Positions 36,788 to 46,059 of a DNA stretch of 64,000 bases are shown one piece after another. The position numbers were made by a program, and so were the translations under genes. The notes under the pieces are model-generated. The model ran no database searches, was not told the DNA's origin, and saw only the letters and a program-made list of their open reading frames with translations. Position 1 is the stretch's first letter; every line of letters starts with the position of its first letter. This stretch comes from Gemmatimonadota bacterium. GTDB lineage: Bacteria; Gemmatimonadota; Gemmatimonadetes; Palauibacterales; Palauibacteraceae. The stretch is taken from positions 1,600,001-1,664,000 of the forward strand of contig OZ220691.1 in NCBI GenBank assembly GCA_965116475.1. The letters are read 5' to 3'.

Positions 36788-37926
36788 GATCCCGCCCGCG
36801 GCGGACCGCCGTCCGGTCCCGAGATCCCCGCCGACTCGAAGGTCGCCATCTCGCGGAGCAGCGCCGCGGCCGCGCGCACGACGGGGATGGCGAGCGCGCA
36901 CCCGGTACCCTCGCCGAGCCGCATCTCGAGGTCGAACAGGGGCACGAGGCCGAGCGCATCGAGCGCCACCGCGTGCCCCGGCTCGGCCGAGCGGTGCGAT
37001 GCGACGAGGTACGACGGCAGGCCGGGGCAGAGGCGGCGGGCCGCCAGCGCCGCGGCCGACGAGATGAACCCGTCCACCAGCACGAGGCCTCCGCGCGCCG
37101 CCGCGCCGATCATGGCGCCCGACATGGCCGCGATCTCGAGCCCACCCACCTGCCGCAGCACCGCGACGGCATCGTCCCGGGGATCCTCGCCGCGGGCGAC
37201 CCGCGCCACGGCGCCCTCCACCACGTCGCGCTTCCGGGCCAGCCCGCCGTCGTCAACGCCCGTCCCGCGGCCGACGACCTCGCGCGCCGCCGCCCCGGTC
37301 AGGCAGGCCGTCACCGCGGCCGCCGCGGTGGTGTTCCCGATGCCCATCTCGCCCACGCCCACGAGCCAGGGGCCCGGGGACGCGCCGGTTCCGGTGGAGA
37401 CATCCCCGCCTCCCGCCACCTCCACGCCCACCGCCAGAGCGGCTTCGACTTCGCGCGCGGTCATCGCCGACCCTGCCGAAAGGTCGTCCGTGCCGGCGCG
37501 GACCTTCCGGTGCTCGATTCCCGCCAGCCCGTCGAGGTCCGCCGCGACGCCCACGTCGACGACCCGCACCCGCGCACCGCACGCCCGCGTGAGCACGTTG
37601 ATCGCCGCGCCGCCACCGGAGAAGTTCGCGCACATCTGCGCCGTGACCTCGGCCGGATACGCCGACACACCCTGCCCGGCGACCCCGTGATCGGCCGCGA
37701 AGACGAATACCACCGCGTCGTCGAGCGCAGGCGGCGGATCGCCCAGGACCACGCCCACCTGGAGCGCCAGTTCCTCGAGGCGCCCAAGGCTGCCCGGCGG
37801 CTTGGTCAGCGCGTCGAGGTGCGCCTGGACCGCCACGGGGTCTCCCCGCGGAGCTGCAACGGCTTCAGCGGCTGCAACGGCTGCGCGCGCGATCATGCGC
37901 TCTGGAGATGCGGCAAGGGTATTCAC
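36784..37926 (-). CDS. cobT: Nicotinate-nucleotide:dimethylbenzimidazole phosphoribosyltransferase
   Basis: LTKPPGSLGRLE, AADHGV, GEMGIGNTT, GGLEI, MRLGEGTG; the start may be ATG 37896. Confidence 0.96.
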   Translation of the reverse strand: MNTLAASPERMIARAAVAAAEAVAAPRGDPVAVQAHLDALTKPPGSLGRLEELALQVGVVLGDPPPALDDAVVFVFAADHGVAGQGVSAYPAEVTAQMCANFSGGGAAINVLTRACGARVRVVDVGVAADLDGLAGIEHRKVRAGTDDLSAGSAMTAREVEAALAVGVEVAGGGDVSTGTGASPGPWLVGVGEMGIGNTTAAAAVTACLTGAAAREVVGRGTGVDDGGLARKRDVVEGAVARVARGEDPRDDAVAVLRQVGGLEIAAMSGAMIGAAARGGLVLVDGFISSAAALAARRLCPGLPSYLVASHRSAEPGHAVALDALGLVPLFDLEMRLGEGTGCALAIPVVRAAAALLREMATFESAGISGPDGGPPRAGS

Positions 37927-38000
37927 GATGGGTTCGGGACAACGGCAGAGATGCGGGCCACCGAATTCGACCGCCGCCACCATAGGGTTGAGGGCAGAGG

Positions 38001-38071
38001 CGAGCCAGATGCGAACCGGTTTCGAGCCAGACGCGAGCGCCCGCACTACTGGTCGCATACTGGTCGCATAC
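38001..38071. repeat. Phased direct repeats in the cobT/creatininase divergent region
   Basis: CGAGCCAGAYGCGA at 38001 and 38023 (22-bp period); TACTGGTCGCA x2 at 38047 and 38058 (11-bp period). Confidence 0.7.
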
Positions 38072-38137
38072 CGTCGGAATATGCTAGTCTCGGGGGTTGG
38101 TGTCGTGCTCCCGTGCTCGCGGAAAACGAGGTGTGCC

Positions 38138-39061
38138 ATGAGAAAGCCCCGATTCATCCTCCCCCTGCTCGCAGTGTGCGCGCTGTTCGCCGTCTCCGCC
38201 CCGGCGCTGGCGGGCCAGCAGCGGAACATGACGCCCGAAGAGCGCGCCCGGCTGGCCGCCGAGCGTGAGCGGCAGGTGCAGGAGGAACTCGTGTCCGAGC
38301 GGCCGATCGAGGCGTTCGACACCGTGTGGATCGAGGAGATGACGTGGATGGAGGTCCGAGACGCGATGGCGGCCGGGAAGACCACCGCGATCATCACGAC
38401 GGGCGGCATCGAGCAGAACGGACCCTACCTCGCCACCGGCAAGCACAACTACGTGCTGCAGGGCGCCTGCGAGGGCGTGGCGCGCGAACTCGGGAACGCG
38501 CTCTGCGCGCCGGTCATCAAGCTCGTCCCCGAGGGCGACATCGACGAACCGTCAGGGCACATGCGGTATCCGGGGACGATCAGCCTCCGGCAGGAGACGT
38601 TCGAGGCCGTGCTCGATGACGTGGCGTCGAGCCTCAAGGCGCACGGCTTCGAGCACATTATCCTGTTCGGCGACAGCGGCGGGAACCAGTCGGGCATGGA
38701 GGCGGTCGCCGCCCGCCTGAACGAGCGCTGGTACGACGCGCAGGCGCACTTCATCCCCGAGTTCTACCGCTACCGCGACGTCCATGACTGGATGAACACC
38801 GAACTCGGCATCTTCGAGACGGATCCGGAGGGGATCCACGACGACTTCGTCATCACGGCGATCATGATGGTCGAGGACCCGGCGATGGTCCGCTACGACG
38901 AGCGCGTGGCGGCGGGAAGAGCCAGCATCAACGGCGTCTCCATCGCCCCCAGGGAGGAGGCGATCGCCACGGGCCGGAAACTGCTCCGGTTCCGGGTGGA
39001 GGAGACCGTGAAGGCGATCCGCGCTTCGATCGAGGCGGGCATGGCGGAAGCGGGGCGATGA
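38138..39061 (+). CDS. Creatininase-family protein, exported
   Basis: EEMTWMEV, GGIEQNGPY..TGKH, HMRYPGTISL, GDSGGN, GIHD; signal peptide. Confidence 0.88.
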   Translation: MRKPRFILPLLAVCALFAVSAPALAGQQRNMTPEERARLAAERERQVQEELVSERPIEAFDTVWIEEMTWMEVRDAMAAGKTTAIITTGGIEQNGPYLATGKHNYVLQGACEGVARELGNALCAPVIKLVPEGDIDEPSGHMRYPGTISLRQETFEAVLDDVASSLKAHGFEHIILFGDSGGNQSGMEAVAARLNERWYDAQAHFIPEFYRYRDVHDWMNTELGIFETDPEGIHDDFVITAIMMVEDPAMVRYDERVAAGRASINGVSIAPREEAIATGRKLLRFRVEETVKAIRASIEAGMAEAGR

Positions 39062-39924
39062 GGCCTGCCCGGATCCTGGCGACCCGTGGCAAAGGCGCCG
39101 CTGCACTCGCCGCGGTTTTCGCGGCGCTGTGCGCCGAAGCCGCACCGCTCAGGGGCCAGATCCCCCTCGGCAACCCCAGCGGGAGGGGGCAGACGGTGAC
39201 GCCCGCCTTCGAGGGCTGGTACCCGAACGCGGACGGCACGCTGTCGCTCTCGTTCGGCTACTTCAACCGCAACTTCGAGGAGACGATCGAGGTCCCCCTG
39301 GGACCGGACAACACGATCGAGCCGGCGGAGTTTCAGGGGGCGCAGCCCACCTCGTTCGCCCCGCGGCGCCACTACGGCGTGTTCGTCGTTCGGGTCCCGG
39401 CGGACTTCGGCGAGGGGAAGGTCTACTGGACGCTGAAGATGCGCGGCCAGACGCTCCGCATCCCGGGCCACCTGCACCGCGACTGGCAGATCGACGCGCT
39501 CAAGGGCGAAGCCGGAGACGGGAACACGCCCCCCGTCCTCCGGTTCGGCGCGGGCGAGGAAGGCGCGGGGCCCGCCGGTGCCTGGGGAGGCCCCCTCACG
39601 GGCCGGGTCGGGGAACCGCTCGACGTGCCCGTCCACGTCCGGGACGACGGCGTGGGCCGGAGCCATTTCGTGGCGGGCAGCCGCGACGGCTCACCGGTCA
39701 ACCTCACCTGGTTCAAGCACCAGGGTCCGGGCGAGGTGACGTTCGGCGAGCCGACGGCCCGGGTCCCGGCCAGCGGAGCCGAAGCCGCCACCCGGGTCAC
39801 CTTCAGCGATCCGGGAGAGTACATCCTGCGCGTGCGGGCGAACGACGGATCGGGCGTCTCCGCCGCCGGGCACGCGCAATGCTGCTGGACGAACGGGTTC
39901 GTTCGGGTCATGGTCAACCCGTGA
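39058..39924 (+). CDS. Exported hypothetical protein with a PKD-like C-terminus and vicinal Cys-Cys
   Basis: Signal peptide; GQTVTPAFEGWYPN..SFGYFNRN; FSDPGEYILRVRAND...AQCCWTN; ATGA overlap. Confidence 0.8.
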   Translation: MRPARILATRGKGAAALAAVFAALCAEAAPLRGQIPLGNPSGRGQTVTPAFEGWYPNADGTLSLSFGYFNRNFEETIEVPLGPDNTIEPAEFQGAQPTSFAPRRHYGVFVVRVPADFGEGKVYWTLKMRGQTLRIPGHLHRDWQIDALKGEAGDGNTPPVLRFGAGEEGAGPAGAWGGPLTGRVGEPLDVPVHVRDDGVGRSHFVAGSRDGSPVNLTWFKHQGPGEVTFGEPTARVPASGAEAATRVTFSDPGEYILRVRANDGSGVSAAGHAQCCWTNGFVRVMVNP

Positions 39925-39958
39925 CCGGCGGATTCGACGAGGTTCGAGGAGAACGACG

Positions 39959-41377
39959 ATGAGACAGTTCGATCCCACTTCCCTGAAACGAGCCGGCATC
40001 GCGTTCGGCGCGGCAGTTGGCGCCGCAGTTGGCGCCGCACTCGCCACCCTGGCCGTCGCGGGGCCGGCGCAGGCGCAGGAGAACGGTGCCGGGGAGGTGA
40101 CGTTCAACCGGGACGTGGCGCCGATCCTCCAGGCGAACTGCCAGGAGTGCCACCAGGAAGGCTCGATCGCCCCGATGTCGCTCCTCACGTACCGGGACGC
40201 CTACCGCTGGGCGTCGAGCATCCGCGAGAAGGTCTCGAACCGCGTCATGCCGCCCTGGCACCTCGACCTCACGGTCGGGATCCAGGAGTTCCGGAACGAC
40301 CGCAGCTTGTCGAGCGAGGAGATCGCGACGATCATCGCGTGGATCGACGGCGGCCGGGTGGAGGGCGATGCCGCGGACCTGCCGCCGCCCGCCGAGTTCC
40401 CCGACCCGAACGAATGGCGCCTCCTCGATGAGTTCGGGGAACCCGACCTCGTCATCGCGTCCGAACCCTACACGCTCGAAGCCGAGACGATGGACAAGTG
40501 GTGGCGGCCCGTCACGCCGACCGGCATCACGGAGCCGCGCTGGGTGAAGGCGATCGAGATCAAGCCGGCAGGCAACGACGCGCGCACGATCACGCACCAC
40601 GTGCTCGCCTTCCTCCAGCAGGACGAGGAGGAAAGCCCCATGAGCGCCGGCATCGTCGAGGCGAGCACGCGCGGGGGCGCGATGGGCGGCCCGGGCCTGT
40701 TCATGGAGTGGGCCGTGGGCAAGGAGGGCGAGATCTTCCCCGAGGGCGCGGGCAAGATCATGCTCCCCGGTTCCCGGATCCGCTGGGAGGTCCACCTCCA
40801 CGCGATGGGCAAGCTCGTCGAGGACAGCTACGTCGAACTCGGCGTCTGGTTCTATCCCAAGGGCGAGGAGCCCCGGAACCGCACGCGGCTCATGTTCTAC
40901 AACGCCACGGGCCGGACCGGCCTCGACATCCCGCCCGGCGAGATCGCGGTCACGCAGGACTTCCACACGCTGCGCTGGCCCGCGCGCCTGGAGAACTTCC
41001 AGCCGCACATGCACATGCGCGGCAAGGCGATGTCGCTCGAGGCGATCTACCCGGACGGCCGCAAGGAGTTGATCAACCAGGTCGACAACTTCCAGTGGAA
41101 CTGGCACATCAACTACATCTACGAGGAAGACGCCGCCCCGCTTCTCCCCGCGGGCACGACGCTCGTCATCACCGCCTGGCACGACAACACGGCCGAGAAC
41201 CCGAACAACCCCGACCACGAGCAGTGGGTCGGCTACGGGGACCGGACCGTGGACGAGATGGCGCACCTGTGGGTCGATGTGACCTTCCTCGATCCCATGG
41301 AGTTCGAGGCCCTGATCGCCGCGCGCGAGGAGGCAAGGCGCGCCGCCGAGACCCAGACGAACAACTCGAACCACTAG
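39959..41377 (+). CDS. Heme c domain fused to a copper type II ascorbate-dependent monooxygenase-like domain
   Basis: Signal peptide; CQECH heme motif and MPPW; THH, PHMHMRGK and DEM matching PHM/DBH CuH/CuM ligands. Confidence 0.82.
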   Translation: MRQFDPTSLKRAGIAFGAAVGAAVGAALATLAVAGPAQAQENGAGEVTFNRDVAPILQANCQECHQEGSIAPMSLLTYRDAYRWASSIREKVSNRVMPPWHLDLTVGIQEFRNDRSLSSEEIATIIAWIDGGRVEGDAADLPPPAEFPDPNEWRLLDEFGEPDLVIASEPYTLEAETMDKWWRPVTPTGITEPRWVKAIEIKPAGNDARTITHHVLAFLQQDEEESPMSAGIVEASTRGGAMGGPGLFMEWAVGKEGEIFPEGAGKIMLPGSRIRWEVHLHAMGKLVEDSYVELGVWFYPKGEEPRNRTRLMFYNATGRTGLDIPPGEIAVTQDFHTLRWPARLENFQPHMHMRGKAMSLEAIYPDGRKELINQVDNFQWNWHINYIYEEDAAPLLPAGTTLVITAWHDNTAENPNNPDHEQWVGYGDRTVDEMAHLWVDVTFLDPMEFEALIAAREEARRAAETQTNNSNH

Positions 41378-41427
41378 GCAGCGTCGGGAAGCCGCGCGCA
41401 GCAGACGGCGCCGGAGTTCCGGATCGA

Positions 41428-41832
41428 ATGGCCTCGAGCGATCAGCGCCTCACGCCCATGCTCGTCGTCCGCGACGTAGCGGCGAGTTCAGCCTGGTACG
41501 TCGAACTCTTCGGCCTGGTGAGCGGCCGGGGCGGCCATCACTTCGAGCGGCTCCTCGCGCCGGACGGCAGCATCGAACTCATGCTGCACCATCGCGAGTT
41601 CAAGGCCCACCCGGGGATGACGGATCCGGAGGAGGGGACGCCCGGCCGCGGCGTCCTGCTCTACTTCTACACGGAGGACGCGCAGGCCGTGTTCGAGCGC
41701 GCCCGCGCCATGGGGGCCGACTGCCTCGACGAGCCGCACCTGAACCCCAACGCCCGCTCGATCGAGTTCACCCTCCGCGACCCCGACGGCTACCCCATCT
41801 CCGTTTCCCAGCCCCTCCCGCGAGACGACTAG
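41428..41832 (+). CDS. VOC/glyoxalase family protein
   Basis: LVVRDVAASSAWY..LFG, VFERARAMGA, FTLRDPDGY. Confidence 0.88.
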   Translation: MASSDQRLTPMLVVRDVAASSAWYVELFGLVSGRGGHHFERLLAPDGSIELMLHHREFKAHPGMTDPEEGTPGRGVLLYFYTEDAQAVFERARAMGADCLDEPHLNPNARSIEFTLRDPDGYPISVSQPLPRDD

Positions 41833-41880
41833 CTGCAGGCTCGCGAGCTTTCGTGGCCCGATTCTCACGTCTCGAGATAA

Positions 41881-41915
41881 TGGTACTTGACATGGTACCA
41901 GTATCGGGCGATGCT
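41881..41915 (+). promoter_or_regulatory. hicAB promoter with an inverted-repeat operator
   Basis: TGGTAC-N8-GTACCA encloses a perfect TTGACA; GATGCT lies 17 nt downstream. Confidence 0.65.
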
Positions 41916-41923
41916 CGGTATCC

Positions 41924-42178
41924 ATGCGAACCAAGCACCGGAAGACCCTGGAGCGCGTCCACCGGAAGCCGACGCCCTCGGATATCCGGTGGGACGAAGT
42001 CCGGGCGATGCTACAGGCTTGCGGCGTTCAGGTTGTGGAACGGTCGGGGTCGCGCGTTGGGCTCAGAAAGAACGACGAGAGGATTGTGATCCATCGACCC
42101 CATCCCCGGCCCGTCGTGGGCCGGGAGACCGTCCGAGACATCGCGGCCTTCTTGAGAGCGGCGGGGGTGGAACCATGA
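41924..42178 (+). CDS. hicA: Type II TA toxin HicA
   Basis: IRWDEV, GSRV, HRPHP. Confidence 0.92.
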   Translation: MRTKHRKTLERVHRKPTPSDIRWDEVRAMLQACGVQVVERSGSRVGLRKNDERIVIHRPHPRPVVGRETVRDIAAFLRAAGVEP

Positions 42179-42528
42179 TGGAATACAGGGGATACCTGGC
42201 GGCGGTGGAGTTCGACGACTCAACGAACGTCCTCCACGGGCGGGTGATCAACAGCGGTCCGTATCCGATTGCGACGTTCGAGGCGACGGACACGACACAG
42301 CTACGCGATGAGTTTCACCGCTCCATCGACGAATATCTTGCGTGGTGCGAGGAAGACGGCGTCGAACCGAAGCGCCCCTTCTCCGGCAAGCTGAACGTGC
42401 GACTCGGATCGGAACTTCACGCCGCCGTTGCGGCAGCGGCGGCCGAGCGAGGGATGAGCATCAACTCCTGGATCGTCGGTGCGGTGCGCGAGAGAACCAA
42501 CGCCCCCTATCGGACCACCCACGACTAG
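42175..42528 (+). CDS. hicB: Type II TA antitoxin HicB
   Basis: MEYRGY...FHRSIDEYLAWC...FSGKLNVR..ELH...SINSWI; ATGA overlap. Confidence 0.92.
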   Translation: MMEYRGYLAAVEFDDSTNVLHGRVINSGPYPIATFEATDTTQLRDEFHRSIDEYLAWCEEDGVEPKRPFSGKLNVRLGSELHAAVAAAAAERGMSINSWIVGAVRERTNAPYRTTHD

Positions 42529-42544
42529 TTCGAGGGTCGGTCGG

Positions 42545-44584
42545 TCAGCAGCTGAGGCAGTTGTGGTTGTTCTTCGCGCCCATGCTTTCGAGGAGGGCGA
42601 TCGTCTCGAAGAACGGCTGCACGCGCTGGATCGGGCCGTTCGCCATGTCGACCGTCGTCTGGCCGCTGCGGGCCACGATGAGCGGGTCGGCGCCCTTGCC
42701 GACGAGGTACTCGATCAGCTCGTTGTCGCCGCGCGCCGCGGCGTAGTGCAGCGCGCCGAACCCATCCGAGTCGCGACCGTTGACGTCCGCGCCCAACTCT
42801 TCGACGAGGTACCTGGCGGTGGCCATCCACTCATCGGGCCGGTGCCGGTGCTGGTTGCCGGTGCGTGAGCGCCCGTAGCCGTAGCCCGCGGCCGCGACGA
42901 GCGGCGGGATGCCCGGACCTCCGACTTCGACGGGCGGCAGTCCGCTCGGATCCTCTTCCTCTTCCCCATCGTCGGCGGGCCGGCGGCGGCGACGCTCAGG
43001 CACCTTCCGGGTCGGCATGTGGGGATCGGCACCGGCCGCCACGAGCATCTCCATGGCCGGGATGTCGAGCGCCTTCGCGGCGCGCCAGAAGGGCGTCGCG
43101 CCGCTGAAGTTCACGCCCAGCAGGTCGAAGTTGTAGGCAGAGTACCAGATGTGCGTGTTCACGCGCGCGTTCGGATCCGCCCCGGCCGCGAGGAGCATCT
43201 CCATCAGCTCCATGTAGTCGAGTTCCTGCTGGCGGAACGCGGTGGGCTGCGGGTACAGCGCCTTGGGGGCCCAGCGGTTGGCGATCGTCGCGTAGAGCGG
43301 CGCCACGCCATCTTCGCTGGCCAGGTTCGGGTCCGCGCCCTGCTCGAGCAGCCAGGCCGCGAGGTCGTAGTGCCCGTTCACGGTGGCGACGACGAGCGGC
43401 GTGCTCTCGTCTCCCTCGGTGCGTCCGTCGATATCGGCACCCGCCGCGACCAGAGCTTTGACCGTTTCGAAGTGGCCTTCGCGAACCGCGTAGTGGAGCG
43501 CGGTCATGCCGCCCTGCTTGCCGACGATGTCGCTGTAGCTCAGCGGCCGCGGCGCGGGATTCGCCGGCTCCTCTTCCACCGGCTCCTCGGCTTCGGCTTC
43601 TTCTGCCTCCTCGGCTTCTTCTGTCTCCTCGGCCTCTTCTGCCTCCTCGGCTTCTTCCGCCGCCTCGGGGGCCGCTGCGGCCTCGGGGGGATCTTCGCCC
43701 TGACCCGGCGGCGGGGGCTCGTCCGCCGGCGTCTCCTCGGGCGCGGCGGCGGCGGGTTCCTGGCCGGGGGTCGTGCCGGCGCCCTGCGTCGCGACGGCCG
43801 TGCCGGCCTGGTCCCGGTTCGCTCGATCCGCCGCCTCGCGCCGCGTCGGCTCCTGGCCGGACGGCGTGTCCGTGCGCGTGATCCCGACCTCCACGGTTTC
43901 GCCACGCGCTTCCGCTTCGGCCTTCCGAATCGCCGTGAGAACTTCCCGCCGCCGCCCCCGGGCCTCGCTGTCCGTGCGCGCCTTCTCGACGAAGTCCACC
44001 ACGCTCGATACGATCGAGACATCGGCTCCGGCGGCGATCAGTGCCCGCACCGCCTCCAGGCGTCCGGCCGCGGCCGCGAAGATGAGCGGCGTCTGTCCGT
44101 TCGCCCCCTCCGGCGCGTCGATCTCGGCGCCGGCTTCGAGGAGGCTCGTGAGGGTCGGCACATCTCCGCCCGCGGCGGCCAGGTGGAGCGCGGTGGCGCC
44201 GGTCGACGTCGTCGCGTTCGCGTCGCTTCCGGCTTCGAGCAGGAGGGCGACCGGCTCGGCCCGGCCGTCCCGGCTCGCGAGGTGGAGCGGCGTGTAGGCT
44301 CCCAGGCGCGTGGTCGACGCGACGTTGGCGCCGGCGTAGACGAGCACCGACACCATCTCCGCATCGCCCCTGAGGGCCGCCCAGTGCAGCGCGGTCATGC
44401 CGTCGCCCTGGGCCGCGTTTACATCGGCCCCGTCCCGGAGGAGCGTACGGACCGCCTCGAGGTCTCCTTGCGCCGCCGCCTCGGCGACAGGCGCGTCCGC
44501 CGCCACGGCAGCCCACAGCGTGGTCGCGCAGAGTGCGACGAGAACCCCCGCCCGAAGCCCGGCCTTACCGATTCTCTTCAACAT
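42545..44584 (-). CDS. Exported ankyrin-repeat protein with an acidic linker and C-terminal CxxC
   Basis: Many G.TALH.AA...GAD.N repeats; Glu/Ala/Pro-rich insert; ends NNHNCLSC. Confidence 0.92.
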   Translation of the reverse strand: MLKRIGKAGLRAGVLVALCATTLWAAVAADAPVAEAAAQGDLEAVRTLLRDGADVNAAQGDGMTALHWAALRGDAEMVSVLVYAGANVASTTRLGAYTPLHLASRDGRAEPVALLLEAGSDANATTSTGATALHLAAAGGDVPTLTSLLEAGAEIDAPEGANGQTPLIFAAAAGRLEAVRALIAAGADVSIVSSVVDFVEKARTDSEARGRRREVLTAIRKAEAEARGETVEVGITRTDTPSGQEPTRREAADRANRDQAGTAVATQGAGTTPGQEPAAAAPEETPADEPPPPGQGEDPPEAAAAPEAAEEAEEAEEAEETEEAEEAEEAEAEEPVEEEPANPAPRPLSYSDIVGKQGGMTALHYAVREGHFETVKALVAAGADIDGRTEGDESTPLVVATVNGHYDLAAWLLEQGADPNLASEDGVAPLYATIANRWAPKALYPQPTAFRQQELDYMELMEMLLAAGADPNARVNTHIWYSAYNFDLLGVNFSGATPFWRAAKALDIPAMEMLVAAGADPHMPTRKVPERRRRRPADDGEEEEDPSGLPPVEVGGPGIPPLVAAAGYGYGRSRTGNQHRHRPDEWMATARYLVEELGADVNGRDSDGFGALHYAAARGDNELIEYLVGKGADPLIVARSGQTTVDMANGPIQRVQPFFETIALLESMGAKNNHNCLSC

Positions 44585-44621
44585 CGATCTTGCCTCCGAC
44601 CCTCCGGCCGATGCGGCGATT

Positions 44622-46022
44622 TCAGTCCTGGGCGACCGCCGAGAACGAGAAGCCGCCGGTGCTGTCGCCGAAACTCTCCATGTCCTCCAGGCCGAGCTTG
44701 TGCATCAGACTCAGCATCACGTTGGCCATCGGCGTCCCGTCCGGCGCCTTGATGTGCATGTTGCCTTCGAGTTCGCCGCCGGCCTTCCCGACCACGAACA
44801 GCGGGCAACGCTTGTGGTTGTGCAGGTTCGAGTCGCCCATCGGCGAGCCGTACAGGATCATGGTCTTGTCGAGCAGGTTCCCGTCCGGTTCCTCGATGCT
44901 GGCCAGCTTCTCGAGCAGGTACGGCACCATGCTCACGTGGTAGCGGTTGATCTTCTCGTAGTCCGTCACGCGATCCTCGCGGCCGCCATGGTGCGAGGCC
45001 GGATGGAAGCCGGCGTCCACGCCACTGCCCGGATACACGCGGCCCGACCCGTCCCGGCCCAGCTTGAACGAGAACACGCGCGTCAGATCCGACTGGAACG
45101 CCAGCGCCTGCAGGTCGAACATCAGGTGGACGTGCTCGGCGAAGTCATCCGGCACGCCCGGCGGGGCCTCGGGAATCTCGCGCGTCTCACCGCTCGTGTT
45201 GTGCGCCTCGATGCGCTCGATGCGGCGCTCGATCTCGCGGATGTTGTCGAGATACTGATCCAGCCGCCGCTGGTCCGTGGCCCCGAGATCACGTTTCAGA
45301 CCCGCGACCTCGCCCATGATCCAGTCGAGGATGCTGCGGTCGGTGCGCCGGCGCCGGGCCCGGTCCTCCGAAGTCCCACCGGCCCCGAACAACTGGTCGA
45401 ACGCGGCCCGCGGATCGCGGATCATCGGCAGCGGCTCCGTCGGAGACGCCCAGCTGATCGTGTCGGTGTATACGCACGCGTAGCCGTACGCACACCCGCC
45501 GGCCTGGTCCACGTTCTCGATGCAGAGCTGCATGGACGGGATCGGCGTATCCTGCCCGAAGCGCTGCGCGTAGTACTGGTCCATCGAGGTGCCGACGAAC
45601 ACGTCGGAGCCCTCCGTCTGCTTCGCGTGCGCCTGCGTGAGGAAGGTGGCGCTGGAACGGAAGTGGTCGCCGCCGATCTCCTTCGCCGTCTTCGCCTCCG
45701 CGTTCTCGACGTCCGTGTTCGAGATGATCGTCAGGTAGTCGCGCCACGGCTCGAGCGGGCTCAGGCTGCTCGGTGTGAGGTCGAAATCGCGCCCCACCTT
45801 CTCGGGCGACCACATGAACTGCGACGCCCCCCATTCGTTGCAGCCGGCGGCGCCGTGCACCATCTCGATGCCCACGAACCGCTTCACGTCCGTGAGCGCC
45901 TTCGTGGAGGCCCACAGCCGGCCGGCCGGCAGCATCGCGTCCAGGAACGGCAGCGCCACCGTCGCCCCCAGGCCCCTCAGGGCCATGCGGCGGGAGATGT
46001 GCTTACCCGTGATGAGTTCCAT
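44622..46022 (-). CDS. DUF1552 domain protein (Tat signal)
   Basis: HISRRMALRGLG..VALPFLDAM, SMDQ, CAYGYACVY, FDLQALAFQSDLTRV, GDSNLHNH. Confidence 0.9.
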   Translation of the reverse strand: MELITGKHISRRMALRGLGATVALPFLDAMLPAGRLWASTKALTDVKRFVGIEMVHGAAGCNEWGASQFMWSPEKVGRDFDLTPSSLSPLEPWRDYLTIISNTDVENAEAKTAKEIGGDHFRSSATFLTQAHAKQTEGSDVFVGTSMDQYYAQRFGQDTPIPSMQLCIENVDQAGGCAYGYACVYTDTISWASPTEPLPMIRDPRAAFDQLFGAGGTSEDRARRRRTDRSILDWIMGEVAGLKRDLGATDQRRLDQYLDNIREIERRIERIEAHNTSGETREIPEAPPGVPDDFAEHVHLMFDLQALAFQSDLTRVFSFKLGRDGSGRVYPGSGVDAGFHPASHHGGREDRVTDYEKINRYHVSMVPYLLEKLASIEEPDGNLLDKTMILYGSPMGDSNLHNHKRCPLFVVGKAGGELEGNMHIKAPDGTPMANVMLSLMHKLGLEDMESFGDSTGGFSFSAVAQD

Positions 46023-46059
46023 GCTCACTCCTCCTGATCTTTTTCGCGGGGCGGCTCCC

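Noticed and set aside
37930..38130. Third cobalamin riboswitch upstream of cobT
   Set aside because: No GGGAA/GCCACTG/AGCCAGGAGAC motifs on either strand
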